64,000 nt of DNA from Chrysomallon squamiferum (GCA_012295275.1 CM022669.1:9982001-10046000); one strand, 5' to 3'; shown: positions 27,344 to 40,489, numbered from the stretch's first letter. Notes: generated from the sequence alone by a model not told the origin. Numbers and translations are program-made.

Positions 27344-28453
27344 TTAAACGTAGCACAAAGCTGGGTTCTTCACTCTGTTCCAGATCTCGTACATCGTTTT
27401 ACCAAAAATCTGCTGTGAGACTATTACACTGCCTGTTACAAGTTCGCACGGTGTCGCAGGCTTGAACAAAAAATATTCCTTATTGATTTTCAGACCGACA
27501 TGCCTGATATTAAATATTTTCGCTAGAATACCCGTTATTTCTACGTCCTCGATGTTCACGTACGGCATGTGCTCCGACACCGCTAAAATCTTCATGGCAA
27601 CGTCAAAAGGCATGAAGTAACAATTGCCCTTGACGTGCGGAGGGTATATTGGAGCGGGATAAGCCTGTTCTGAAACTTTACATTTTGCTTTTCGACTGAC
27701 TTTGTCCGAGAGAAACATCGGTCCAAATATTTTGTTTTCCCATTTGTTGTTTCGTATCAAGGTGACGAATTCTGGAATCTTTACGTACGTGTCTTCATCC
27801 ACTTTCATGATGTATTTCGCGTTCGAGCAAAATTGCTTGACCCACTTAAAAGCCATAAGAACTTTGAGTGTCAGGTTGAAATAGGCCTCGTTAAAATCCG
27901 TTATTACGATGTCCTTTTTTATATCGGCTTCGCTGGCAACAGCAGAATTGAGAGTCGTGTTTTCGTTGATTCCTAAAACAAAGAATACTCTGACGGGTAA
28001 CACTTGACTGGAATTCGGCCATTTCAGACCGCGAGAAACACTACCCCATGTATCCCGAATAGCCTGCCTTTGTGACGTCATATGATGCAATGACATCACC
28101 ATGACAACCAGAAGAGTATCAGGGTTGCAATGTGTTGGTGATATTGTTAAAATCTTGTAATTCAGAGGAACAATTTTGGTTTTGTTGGGTTTGAAATACC
28201 ACTGATATTTCAGTAAAACAGGATCTCCGTAAAAATTGGTTGGCGAGAATGCTCCCTGAATGGGTAAAGCAGATATATTTAGTATTTGTTTTTCTTCCAG
28301 GAATGAGAGGGTGATGTCATTTGGTTTTTGCAGAAAATCAGCAAGTTTTGTAGGTTTCTTTCTCTTGGTGATGTATAGTTCGAAAGTCAAAAAGATCAAT
28401 GAGAATAACATTAACAACAGAACTAACGGCTTTCGTGACAGCCTGCGTCTCAT
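27344..28453 (-). CDS. GT31 copy 5 (intact, 369 aa)
   Basis: Same motifs (KVDEDTYV, EDVEITG), open frame, and acceptor directly before the ATG. Confidence 0.9.
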   Translation of the reverse strand: MRRRLSRKPLVLLLMLFSLIFLTFELYITKRKKPTKLADFLQKPNDITLSFLEEKQILNISALPIQGAFSPTNFYGDPVLLKYQWYFKPNKTKIVPLNYKILTISPTHCNPDTLLVVMVMSLHHMTSQRQAIRDTWGSVSRGLKWPNSSQVLPVRVFFVLGINENTTLNSAVASEADIKKDIVITDFNEAYFNLTLKVLMAFKWVKQFCSNAKYIMKVDEDTYVKIPEFVTLIRNNKWENKIFGPMFLSDKVSRKAKCKVSEQAYPAPIYPPHVKGNCYFMPFDVAMKILAVSEHMPYVNIEDVEITGILAKIFNIRHVGLKINKEYFLFKPATPCELVTGSVIVSQQIFGKTMYEIWNRVKNPALCYV

Positions 28454-29276
28454 CTGAAATAAATACAAGTAAACATAATTATCAGTTAAACGGAAATTTA
28501 TTGTGTGTCTATATGTATACATCATTATTTGTGTTCATATATATATATATATATATATATATACCTGTTTTTGTATGTTGTTATGTATGTATGTATGTAC
28601 GGGGCAACGTGGGAGAAATACTCGCCACATTTTACTAAACCTCATTTTACTTAATCCAAGGTGAAGTTCTAAGTCGTCTTAATCGCTTTCAGTTACCAAG
28701 GAGCTAGTATGAACATTATTGATTTGATTGATTGTTTTCTCTGAACATTTTTAATGACAACAAACACAAATCTTTTTCAATACGACCGAGTATCATTTTT
28801 GTTCTTCACAAAACCTCAGTTCTAACTAAAGTTTCTTAGTAGTCTAGAGAAGGCGCTTTTCCGTAGTTTTTGACTCTAGTTTGAACCCTGATGTATGTAG
28901 TATGTACATTCTATACCAAGCATATATACAGAATGATAAAATATATATTTATTTATTTATTCATTCTATCGATGATTTAACTATTTGTTTATTAATGCAT
29001 CGTATCACTTATTTATCTATTAATTATTTCATTTATTTATTCTATCACTTTTTGTTATTTGATTTATGTATTTATTTATTTGTTTATTTAAACCAGTTTT
29101 TAAAATGATACTAAGTTGCTGGAATATCTGTACTTTATCCTCTGTAAATACTGCGAAAATACATACAAGAATGTTTATTATTTATTCTGTACATTTCATA
29201 ATGTAAAGAAGAAAAATAAGAGGAAAGAAAAAGTACGTTTTCCTTCGCATATAATGTCATGTCACCTTTCTAATAA

Positions 29277-29363
<87 letters not shown>

Positions 29364-30686
29364 AAATGCTCATAAAATAGGGTGCTATAATTTAAGCATA
29401 TCATTTATTCTCGTTAAATATTTAAATCTATTTACTTTCCTAGTAATTTCATGGTGTATGAATATTTTTTTTGTATCTGACAATGTAAATGATTTTAGTG
29501 TTATTTATTAAAACATTTCAGTCAATATACATTTCTATATTTATCTTTTAATTCCCTTATTGACTGGCTCAGAAAATGTTTTCGATTTGTTAATTTTCTG
29601 ATACAGTAATCGCACTTCAAAATACATACCTTATAAGGAGATGAAAAAAGTTCATCATCCTCATGATGCCGATATTGAAATACCAGTATTATAACGGTAT
29701 CATATATAACAAATCAGTATCAATACCGAGGAGACAATACCCCTATTGGAAGTGGGCCCATCTGCTTATATTTCCTTATATATCACACACACACGCGCGC
29801 GCGCGTAAACATTGCAGTAATTGTTCTTGTAAGAATTGGTTAAATATTACAATAATATTATATAATTAAAAAACATAATTTTGTTAATACCGGTACGAAT
29901 ATGGGTATTATCGATATTAATACCAATACTGGAAAATTCGATATTATAACATCATTAAGACATACACATAAATATGAACATACATACATGCATACATACA
30001 TGCATACACAGACACATATACACACACATTTATATACATACACATACATACATTCATACATACATACATACATACATAACATACATACACACAAATATAC
30101 ATATTTTTTTCAGTTTAAAACTATCAGTGATTACTTTCGAGATAAGATTTAGTTTCAGAATAAACCACAACTTTTAACTAGAGAAAATCAACATGTGCAG
30201 GACAAATATAGATAACAACAGTAAAGATAAAGTAACAAGGACTGGTCCAGTATATTGTCTTTTCTTTTTAAAACAGCTATTTTAAGGTAAGACAAAAAAA
30301 GTATTTATAAATTTACATGAACAAAAATAATTAATCATCTTTATTCACATGTATGTCTGAATATCTTGTGGTGGTTTGGATGGCTTATTTATATTTGAAA
30401 GATCGTTTACTGTTCCATAACATGGAATTCTTTCATACCGGTTATTTGAGGCTATAATTTGCACCAAAATATGACGATACGGAATTTTCTTTGATGAAAT
30501 ATCCTTGATAAGCTCAGAATACTTTGTAACCGTCTACTCAGTTTGACATTATCATTGTTTTTTTTTTTTATTGTTGCTGTTGTTGTTCATCTTTTGGGTA
30601 AGAATTTTTTTTTTTTTTTTTTTTTTGTGGGATTGTTGTTGTTGTTTTATTTTTATGGTTTATTTTTTTCTTTTTGGAGTATTGTA

Positions 30687-30737
<51 letters not shown>

Positions 30738-31219
30738 CATTATGAATTTGTTTTATTTTTATTATTATTATTTTTTTTTTAATTATTATTATTATTTTTA
30801 TTATTATTATTTTAGTGAGGGATTAAGAGTGTAGTTTTGTCAAATAAATCGTTGAAATTCGACAAAACCTTTTCTTATTTCTAAACCACTTGAACATAAT
30901 CTACTGATCCAGGTGATTACCTCCCAGAACGAACTGTAGATTTGTTGTTCTTTTTTTTTTTTTTTTTTTTTTTTTTCTGTATGCATTTGTGAACTGACGG
31001 ATATTACTACATTTCGAACAATGAGACCCTTTGTCATAAATAGATTTTATCATTTATGTATGCTCCGTAAGTTCTGGGGGTTAATCTTCAAATTTCTGAC
31101 CTGCAGTAAAAAATTCCCACGACCGTAGAAGGTGCAATTCCTGTTTCCATTGCTACATGAACAGTCGTGAATAAACAGTTTTTGTTTAAAACAGATCTTT
31201 AAAATAATAAAAATAATTA

Positions 31220-31280
<61 letters not shown>

Positions 31281-31286
31281 TAAATC

Positions 31287-31346
<60 letters not shown>

Positions 31347-31952
31347 GTAATAATAATATTTACCTTTTATAAATTTACTGAACTTCTCAAACGATTGCAA
31401 TAAAATAATGGGGTTTTTTAAGTCTGTCACCTGTTAGCAATTAAAGACTTTTAGAATGAGTTGATAGTTCAGTGCTGCTTCCGATAATAATGTTAAGAAT
31501 TAAAATAACCAAAATTAATAAGTAACATTATTTTAAACTCCTGTCAGGGTATGTGTGTATATATGTATGTGTGTATGAGTGTTATGCCATTATAAACAAA
31601 TCAGTTTGAATGATCAGAATAACGATAATTACATTAAATTATATTAGTAATAGTATTAGTAGTAGGAGCAGCACACTAACAGTAGATTAGGAATAAGAAT
31701 AAAAGTGATGGTAGTAGAAAAAAAGTATCCATAGTACTAATTGTAGCTGAAGAATTAGTTATAGTATAAAACTGCCAGTAGCTGTGGTATCATTAGTAGA
31801 AGTAGCAGTGGTAGTAATGGTAGTAATAGTAGTTGTAGTGATTGTAGCAGTACTAGTGGTAGTAGTAGTAATAGTAGCAGTAATAATAATAGTAATAGTA
31901 GTAGTGATAGTAATAGCAGAGATAGTAGTATAGTGATAGTAGTAGTAGTAGC

Positions 31953-32049
<97 letters not shown>

Positions 32050-32769
32050 TTTACCTTGCAAACCAGTGCTGAAGCGACAGAAATTGTTTATGGCCGTTGT
32101 TTCTATATACAAAGAAATGAATTAAAATTAAGATATTTTTGTTTTTCCTTAATCTGAATTGCTAAAAAATAAAACCAGAAAACCAAAACAACTACCTTCT
32201 TAGTAATATGTGGATTCATAATATCGTAATCTCCTGCGAAGAAATAAATTTTACATTGAAACAGATGTGCGAGATATATTTCAGTAGAAAACCGTTAAAT
32301 TTATTGCTCAGACATCTGTTAGTCGTAAATAAGAAGGAAACACTTAAATTAAATTAATCCGAAGTAAAAAAAAAATATCTTTTGATTATATAGTGTACAT
32401 TAATTTATTATTCTAATTTATTACAGCAGAAATCAATTCAGGAAACGGTCTGATAATTTAATGCAGTTCTGTTGTTGTTGTTTTTTTTATGACACAAAAT
32501 CTTTGTGTTTCTAGCGATATCTGCCATTTTCGTTACTTTTCGTTTTGTAAGATAATAGAGTGAATTATATAATAACTATAACTGTAAACTTCATTAAGTT
32601 TAAATCATTTGTGATAAAAGCTTTACATTATTTGCTATTAATCAACTGTTATTCTCAAACACGTGGAAAGTTAAATTACGTATGTGATATTTGGATACAA
32701 TTTGTACCCGATTACTAACAAAGCGTTTCTCATTTAACTTTGTAATATAAGAGAACGGAATGTAGAAGA

Positions 32770-32990
32770 TCTCTCTTAGGAACCCATTGCTGTATTTCTC
32801 ATTCCAACTGGTGCTCTGTCTGGTTTAGCAAACCCCGCGCTATGTTCTTTCCTGTTTGTGGAATGGTGAAATAAACAATATCTTGCTACTTTTCAGAAAG
32901 AGTAACTCTCATTTTCTAAGAAATGTAGACATGAACGAAATCGTCTCTGGGTTTGTGCGTGATAACAAAAATTAAAGTGTCTAAACTATG
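32770..32990 (+). mobile_element. Degenerate interspersed (SINE-like) repeat
   Basis: TTTCTCATTCCAACTGGTGCTC...CCTGTTTGTGGAATGGTGAAATAAA...TCTTGCTACT resembles a gastropod SINE core recalled from memory; not verified. Confidence 0.3.
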
Positions 32991-34138
32991 CTTGACGATA
33001 TACAGTTAGATTTACAGAATATGTTAAAGCAGTCTTGAAGTGAAAAAAGATTAAATTAATAAATAAATAAACAAATTTGAACAATATTACAATTTTACAA
33101 CATATTACAAAACAACTCTTTAAAGCGCCATTTGTTCAAATTCGCCATCCACGTATCTGTACGAAATGACGTCACCACAACCATGTAAACAGTCACATGT
33201 AAGTCTTTACAAAATGTATCACTTTATATCTTCAAAGTTACATTTTAAATCGTTGAGCAATTAAATCGATTATGTTTGAAAATACGAAGCTTCTGAAACG
33301 ATTAAATTAAATCGATATTGTACTATTCACCCGGTACAAATTAACTTGGTTATCTAACTTATCTAATAACAAATAATCTTGTTTAAAATACGTTTTTTTT
33401 AGTCGTATGTTGTTTTCTTGTTTGTTTGTTTTGTTTTGTTTTGTTTTGTTTCAAGAGGAAAAAAGAGACTGCTAAATTTAGATATAGCTGCAGTTATTGC
33501 TCTCTCATTATTATTAATTATTGGTAGTAGTAGTAGCAGTGGAAATAACAGAAACATCTCATTATAGTTTTGTTGTTGTTTTCGTGTTATTTGTTGTTAT
33601 TTTTCATTTTTTCTTATTTATTTATTTCAGACTTTACCTTTTCAGCCCAGTTCCCTTCACTGACAACTAAAGAACCAGGACTGATATGGCTAAAACTGTA
33701 TGATTTCAGAAACACATTTCTTTGTATGATTCGGTGTTATCGAAGAAAAATTAATTATGAAACTTGAATGGAAGACAAAGTATTTGTTTCTGCTGACTTT
33801 TCTTTTGATTTTCATAATTTTCATATATTTTATCATCACCCAGAGACCCCGTAGAACATTTTCGTTTGAAATTGATTTATATTTTGATGACGAACGTTAA
33901 TTTCAGAAAAGAAAAGCCGCCATTTTGGAATATCGATCACGATTGTCAACACTGACTTTTATGATTTGAAATTATATTAGTGAATATTACATTATGTGCA
34001 TAATAAAAGCGAAATATATTTGTAAATCCTGTCTCGTTCACTTGTTTTTGTTTTTCCTTTTCATTAATTTTAAATAAAACAAAATATGTTCAATACATAC
34101 CTCGAGGTTATTTGTAATTTAAGTTTCTAATATTAAAC

Positions 34139-34183
<45 letters not shown>

Positions 34184-34775
34184 CATGCGCGCTGAACAAC
34201 GCCATTTTAAATACGACTTTAAATGGGTTGTCATCCTGTCGCAGAATGTCATTATTATACACCTGTATAGGTGTATACTGAATAACTATTTAATAAAATA
34301 TTGTTCTTGTTTTTGTTTTCGTTTTTTTTTTTTTTTTCTTCATTTGATTTTCATCCGATATATTAAATAATTCGCACTGTAAAAACATTCAAGTGTATTA
34401 GGTAGTGTATTAATTTGTACGTACCTCAGAGTGCGTTATAAAAACTACAAACTGAAATACAATGCTATTCATCTTCAACGGCATTGCTAGCACAACAAGC
34501 GTGCTGTTGGCAGTCACGATACATGGTTTGAATATACAATTACAGTGAATTACAAACTATACTTTCAGATAATTATATAATATTAATTTTAATGTATGGC
34601 ACACACATATCGTGTAGTCATACAAATCCATGCAATTAATTTTAATAATACACAATTATGTATGCGTTTAATTTATATGTTTAGTGTATAAAGCTTATAT
34701 CATTTAGAGAAAACAAAAAATAAATGTTGTAATCAGTTAGCGATGGAACAGAGAAGATACCACCTCACATATGCC

Positions 34776-35087
34776 AGCCAGATCGAAGAAGCATTTATTA
34801 TTAAACCACTGCATGAACCAAGGCCGTCTTCGTCTATTGTAAATAACCTTGACTCTGAGTGAACAGCAACAGTTGTTTTCGTGCGTATACGACATAAGTT
34901 ACGGGTCATTACCTCTAGCAGTTTCTTTTTTTGTTTATAATTTACGCATGTTAGTCAGTGGTCAGTGGTCACGAACTACGTAGTTTTGTTTACTGTCAGC
35001 GAGTACGGATTTTACTAGCTTGTTGTTGACAGGGAATGTATGTTATAGCTGGCATTCTGATGCACTGGTATCAGTGGTAAGGTAAGT
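34776..35087 (+). promoter_or_regulatory. Conserved promoter / non-coding first exon of deiodinase a
   Basis: Colinear with 37449-37782. It ends in donor AAG|GTAAGT (35082), and the acceptor tttcag at 35710 lies just upstream of the ATG. Confidence 0.65.
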
Positions 35088-35419
35088 TAAATCAAATATT
35101 TTTAACAAACTATAAATATCAGCGAAAACTTGCATTCATTTTTCAAACAAATTACTGATTTTTGACAGATTTACGCCTTGTTCACCCGTGTTTTTCTGAA
35201 TACAATTTGTACAAATGTTATAATGATTTTGTTGTCGTTTTTTTTTTACTTCGGAAACGATGATACTTACCTCCTTTGAGTTTAAAAAACATAATAATAA
35301 AACTTTCAACAAATTGTTATTGTTGTTTTTGACATCCTGGTATTAAGAAAACACTGGATGATTTGACAAGCCAAAATAACATTAGATTTTATTATTATTA
35401 TTATTATTACTATTATTAT

Positions 35420-35451
<32 letters not shown>

Positions 35452-35723
35452 TTTTCAGTTGTTACTCTTATTTTGTATTTGAAAAAACGGCAGAACAAAT
35501 GAAGCAAAATAATTATTGTTTTAGGACATCGGTAATTATAAATTAAAGCTATTTAGTTGGCTTAGCAATTTTCATTTGGTCTCTGTTACCATCGAAAAAC
35601 TGTGTGGACCATAAGAGTGGGTAAAACCTAGCGTATAGAGTGTACCAAATCAGATTTAAAAAAATATAGAGAATATACATTTTTTAAATGCTGCTATTTG
35701 TGATTTTCAGAAACGGTATAACA

Positions 35724-36485
35724 ATGGATCACATTTCTGTAATAAGGAATTTCAGAATCACCATTGACGTGTTCAGAGTTCTCTTCAATTATGTAACGTT
35801 CCTCGTGATGCTAGGACTAGCGACGTTTATTGCTCCAATGAGGACGATGTTTTTAAACATCAACAAAGAGATACTCGGAGATAGCGAAGTGACGCCGGAG
35901 GACACCTTCAAATCCATGTACACAATCGTCGCTCTCAAATCCAGACTGTTGTTCATGCTATCCGATACCTCCAAAGAGGCTTTTGTAGGTTATCCAGCTC
36001 CCAACGCTCCTGTCTGGTCACAAGATGGTACAAAGAAACTGAATATTCTAGACGCCATGATTCCAGGGCGACCTCTGGTGATCAATTTTGGTAGCTGTTC
36101 CTGACCTCCGTTTTTAGACCGAATGAAGCTGATGAACAAGATCGCTCGTCGCTTCAGTAAAGATGTAGACTTTCTTCTTGTTTACATCGACGAAGCACAC
36201 CCCACGGACGGATGGACAATACCTGGAAACGTCATCATCTCCAGTCATGCGTCGTTGGATGATCGAGTTCGAGCAGCAAGCTTGTTGGCGGATCACAGTG
36301 TCTGTTACCCCGTGGTTTTAGACAACATGGACAATACCGCGAGTATTGCATATGGAGCTGCACCAGAAAGGTTGTATGTCATACTTGATGGTATTGTAAT
36401 TTACCAGGGAAAACACGGCCCTTTAAATTACAAACCAGCAGAACTGGACACATTTTTGGAACAGCTGATGTCAAAGAAGCAGTAA
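35724..36485 (+). CDS. Iodothyronine deiodinase-like selenoprotein a (253 aa, Sec127)
   Basis: ORFs 35688-36104 and 36123-36485 share a frame across TGA 36102-36104. Motifs RPLVINFGSCS-U-PPF, VYIDEAHPTDGW and YGAAPERLYVI, an N-terminal hydrophobic anchor, and a SECIS downstream. Confidence 0.95.
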
Positions 36486-36580
36486 TTAACAGTGAATAGC
36501 ATTTATTGTTACTGATCCTGCTGCAGCTGCTGTTGCTACAACTACAACTACTTCTGTTGTTGTTGTTGTTGTTGTTGTTG

Positions 36581-36613
<33 letters not shown>

Positions 36614-36678
36614 GTATTATTAATATGTTGTATTGTAATTTAATCAGAGAAAAGTTTACAGAAACATATTATTCTTCA

Positions 36679-36766
36679 GTTAGACCAAATAGTTCCTAGT
36701 ATGAAGATTTGTTTATAAAAATAAAAATTGCTGAGCAAATTTGAACAATAGGTTACTTGGTTTAAC
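36679..36766 (+). promoter_or_regulatory. SECIS element of deiodinase a
   Basis: ATGAA (36701), helix II GATTTGTTTA / TGAGCAAATT, unpaired apical AAAA, and closing TGAA (36742). Lower helix TTAGACCAA..CCTA / TAGG..TTGGTTTAA. Confidence 0.9.
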
Positions 36767-37448
36767 AAATCGTTAGTACGTCTATATGTAATGTGTGGTA
36801 CGTATTAAACCCCCACACACACACACACACACACACACATCGACAAAAACAGACAACAACAAACAAAAAAAGAAATAAAAACAAGAAAAGAAAAATGCTG
36901 GGTTTAGTTATAGTTCGTCAATTTAGATTTTGATGACAACATTTAATTTCAGATACTAGAGGTCGCCTTTTGGTCGATATAATGTTGAGAAATTAAATAA
37001 ATTAAGAATTTAAACTTTATACACATTTTTGTAAATTATAATTCGTTTTTGTGTGTGTGTATGAGTATGTATTCTCTGTTCACAAATTTTAAATAAAAGA
37101 ACAGTTGTATCATTACTACATCTATTTTTGTTTTCGTTATTCAATTAATTTCATCACCTTTATTAACTTATAAATTTCAAGCGCTTTCGAACAGGTATGG
37201 TCAAAGATTTATTTATAGTAACGCTAAATCCTTTACGTAAGTTACTGCACACATAGTAAATTCAATATTACTCCTATAGTATTGCTGGTATCCGACCCAC
37301 GTTGCTGCTGTTATCAGTTACACAGTTCCATGATGTTAATTACAAACATGTTAAACTAGCTTTGTTTAAATATTTAGTACACAGTGTATATCTTAGTTAG
37401 TGAAAAATAGATATAATGATCAATAAACACCGAATGAGAGCAAGAGTC

Positions 37449-37782
37449 AAGACGCGATCCTACTATTTCCCAGCCAGATCAAAGAGGTAATTATTATTAA
37501 ACCACTGCATTAACCTAGACCGTTTTCGCCTCTTGTAAATGACCTTGAATCTGCGTCAACACCTACAGTTTTGTTCGTGCGTACACGACAAAAGTTACGG
37601 ATCATGTACTTCTAGTAGTTTCTTTTTTATTTATCATTTTCGCCTGTTAGTCAGTGGTCAGTGGTCAGGAAATGAGTAGTATGTTTAATGTCAGCCAGTA
37701 TTGATTTTATTATCTTGTTGTTCAGTGAATACATATTACTTTAATTCTGACATTCTGATGCTGCAAGAATTATAAGGTAAGA
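37449..37782 (+). promoter_or_regulatory. Conserved promoter / non-coding first exon of deiodinase b
   Basis: Paralog of 34776-35087, with donor AAG|GTAAGA at 37777 and acceptor tttcag at 39241. Confidence 0.65.
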
Positions 37783-38637
37783 TTAGAGGTTTACTATTTA
37801 CATACATATAACTATATATTTCTATCAAAGAAAGCAATTATAATCGAGGTTTTTATAACTGTTACTGTGTTGCACGAATGTGAAGATATGCAACGGTGAA
37901 CGAAAAATAAAATAATTGCTGTAATAATGTGATACGTGGGGGTTTTGGAAATCGATCGTTAAAAATTGGATCCGTGTAAGTAGGTTTTGCAGTCTTTGAT
38001 TTAGCTCACTCTAAAAAGAACACTGATGAACAAGTTTATATACTGCTTAGCGCAACAAACTGTAGAATACAGTTTGCGATTTATTTCACTTGGTAAATAA
38101 GGAGCTAGCATTTGATTTATCTATGTAAAAGGATTAAAGTGTTATATCTGTATTTATTAACGGTAACCTTGGCAGCTACAACGTGGCGATATGTGTTACG
38201 GGTTTTGGCTATGCGTGCGCGTACATGTTTATATGTTAGTTGTATATCTATATATACTTAGACTGAACTATACAATTAAATTAATAATAATAAGAATAAT
38301 AATAATAATAATGTCAGTAATAAAGTAAAAACGTTCTACAAGTAAGTTGTTATTGATTTGTGATGTTGAAGTATTCTCTAACTACATAGTTCAGGTATTG
38401 TATTCTAACAAGTACGCACGCTCGCACACACACATATCCAAAGAAATGTGAACAAATAAATTGTGTAAGCCTTATTAACATACTATATTTTATCGATGCA
38501 TATTATTTGTGGGAAATGGTTACAGACATTCATAAAGTCACATCGCTTCAGTTTGCAAGTTTACGTATTTTCTAAGTATTTCTTATATTTTTCAATTTCT
38601 CTGTTTTAGCGTATTTTTGTTAGAAAAAATAAATATA

Positions 38638-39161
38638 CAGCGGAACATCGGGTTACGAACTTAATTCGTTCCAGAACTCAGTTCGTAAACCGAAACGATG
38701 TCAGACAAATGGACGCCACTCTCATTTTTTGCAATTATTTCTTTCTTAACATCTACCGTGATACGTTTATACTTTCCGCTTTTCGCTTTCACATTTTGTT
38801 TTCTTAGGCACCATATTGGATAAGGTATAATAAATAATATACACAAAAAAGCATTTAAAAAATGCGAGCGCACAATCTCAGTGCAAAAGTTATTAAGCTG
38901 CAACTGAGTATCGAAGACTAAAGGCCCTAATTCATGATATATATTTGCTACAGGGCATGCCTATAATCCTTCATTTGACGTCGGTTTTGACGTAAGCATC
39001 TATTCTTATGTTTACTAGATGTTGACGTCAAAACCGACGTCGTGGAGCGTCACTGTGTTTCGTAAATCGGGACATTATTCGTAAACCGAGACAAAAACTG
39101 CTTAAGATCACGGTTATAATCCGATTTGTTCGTACTTCGAGGCGTTCGTAATCCGAGGTTC

Positions 39162-39166
<5 letters not shown>
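38638..39166 (-). mobile_element. Internally deleted pogo/Tigger-type DNA transposon in the deiodinase b 5'UTR intron
   Basis: TIRs CAGCGGAACATCGGGTTACGAAC and TAGTGGAACCTCGGATTACGAAC (reverse complement), with TA flanks. The remnant KRITVDVKKEIIAKNESGVHLSDIV resembles the CENP-B/psq HTH of pogo transposases. Confidence 0.8.
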
Positions 39167-39199
<33 letters not shown>

Positions 39200-39255
39200 G
39201 TGTTTTTAAATAATGTGATGTCATTTTATTATTACTTTCAGAACGAAATATAATT

Positions 39256-40016
39256 ATGGATCATCTGTCTGTAATGAGGATTTTCAGAATCACTTTTGGA
39301 TTATTTAGAGTTGTCATCATGTATGTAATGTATCTCGTCATGCTAGTTCTGGCGATGTTCATTCCTCCTGTGAAAACAAAGCTTTTAATTGCAAGCAAAG
39401 AGATCCTCGGAGAAAGCGAAATGACGCCGGAAGAAACCGTTAAATCCATGTACACAATCAAAGCCCTCAAATCAACTTGGATGCACTTGTTCCCGGATGT
39501 GTTGAAGGAAGCATATGTGGGTCAGCCGGCTCCCAACTCTCCTGTCTGGTCAAAAGATGGTACAAAGAAACTAAATCTTCTAGACGCCATAATTCCAGGG
39601 CGACCGCTGGTGTTCAATTTTGGTAGCTGTTCCTGACCTCCGTTTTTAGACCGAATGAAGCTGATGAACAAGATCGCTCGTCGCTTCAGTAAAGATGTAG
39701 ACTTTCTTCTTGTTTACATCGACGAAGCACACCCCACGGACGGATGGACAATACCTGGAAACGTCATCATCTCCAGTCATGCGTCGTTGGATGATCGAGT
39801 TCGAGCGGCAAGCTTGTTGGCGGATCACAGTGTCTGTTACCCCGTGGTTTTAGACAACATGGACAATACCGCGAGTGCTGCATATGGAGCTGCACCAGAA
39901 AGGTTGTATGTCATACTTGATGGTATTGTAATTTACCAGGGAAAACACGGCCCTTTAAATTACAAACCAGCAGAACTGGAAACATTTTGGAACAGCTGAT
40001 GTCAAAGAATCAGTAA
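39256..40016 (+). CDS. Iodothyronine deiodinase-like selenoprotein b (Sec127; 1-nt T loss near the C-terminus)
   Basis: In-frame TGA at 39634-39636 in NFGSCS-U-PPF. T4 at 39985-39988 (T5 in copy a) shifts the frame to TGA 39997-39999; the paralogous stop TAA is at 40014-40016. Confidence 0.92.
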
Positions 40017-40419
40017 AGCATATCTCTAACGATAACATGTCAGTATTCGTCTAGTTAAATTATATTTTACTTGCCTTCCAATCGTAATTAATAACAAAGT
40101 ATACCAACAAAAGCGTAGAAATTAAAAATATAGGCGCCGCCATTTTCCTCAATAGTGACGTCATCGCGTACAAGTTGAACCGATTTGATTTGCTCTGTCG
40201 TCAGAAATAAACACAACTATCAGTCTATCAGTATTCAAGCTGTGAAGGGGTAAAATGGCGGGTGTCCTTATTTTATTTTTTTTTTTTTTAAACTATTATG
40301 TTATTGTCATTATGTAATGAGCAATGAATAATTTATTTATTTTTATTGTTATTATTTTTCAAAGGTTTTGCATTTGTTATATTTTTTTTTTTTGGGGGGT
40401 TTTTTTGTTTGCTTTTTTT

Positions 40420-40454
<35 letters not shown>

Positions 40455-40489
40455 ATTTTTTATTTATTTATTTAATTTTTTTTTTCAAT

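Noticed and set aside
29661-29955. Possible degenerate MITE with imperfect inverted ends
   Set aside because: The TIR match is loose and no TSD could be identified.
36102-39636. Deiodinases as nonsense pseudogenes or four separate ORFs
   Set aside because: The TGA is at the conserved Sec position in both copies and each gene has a SECIS.
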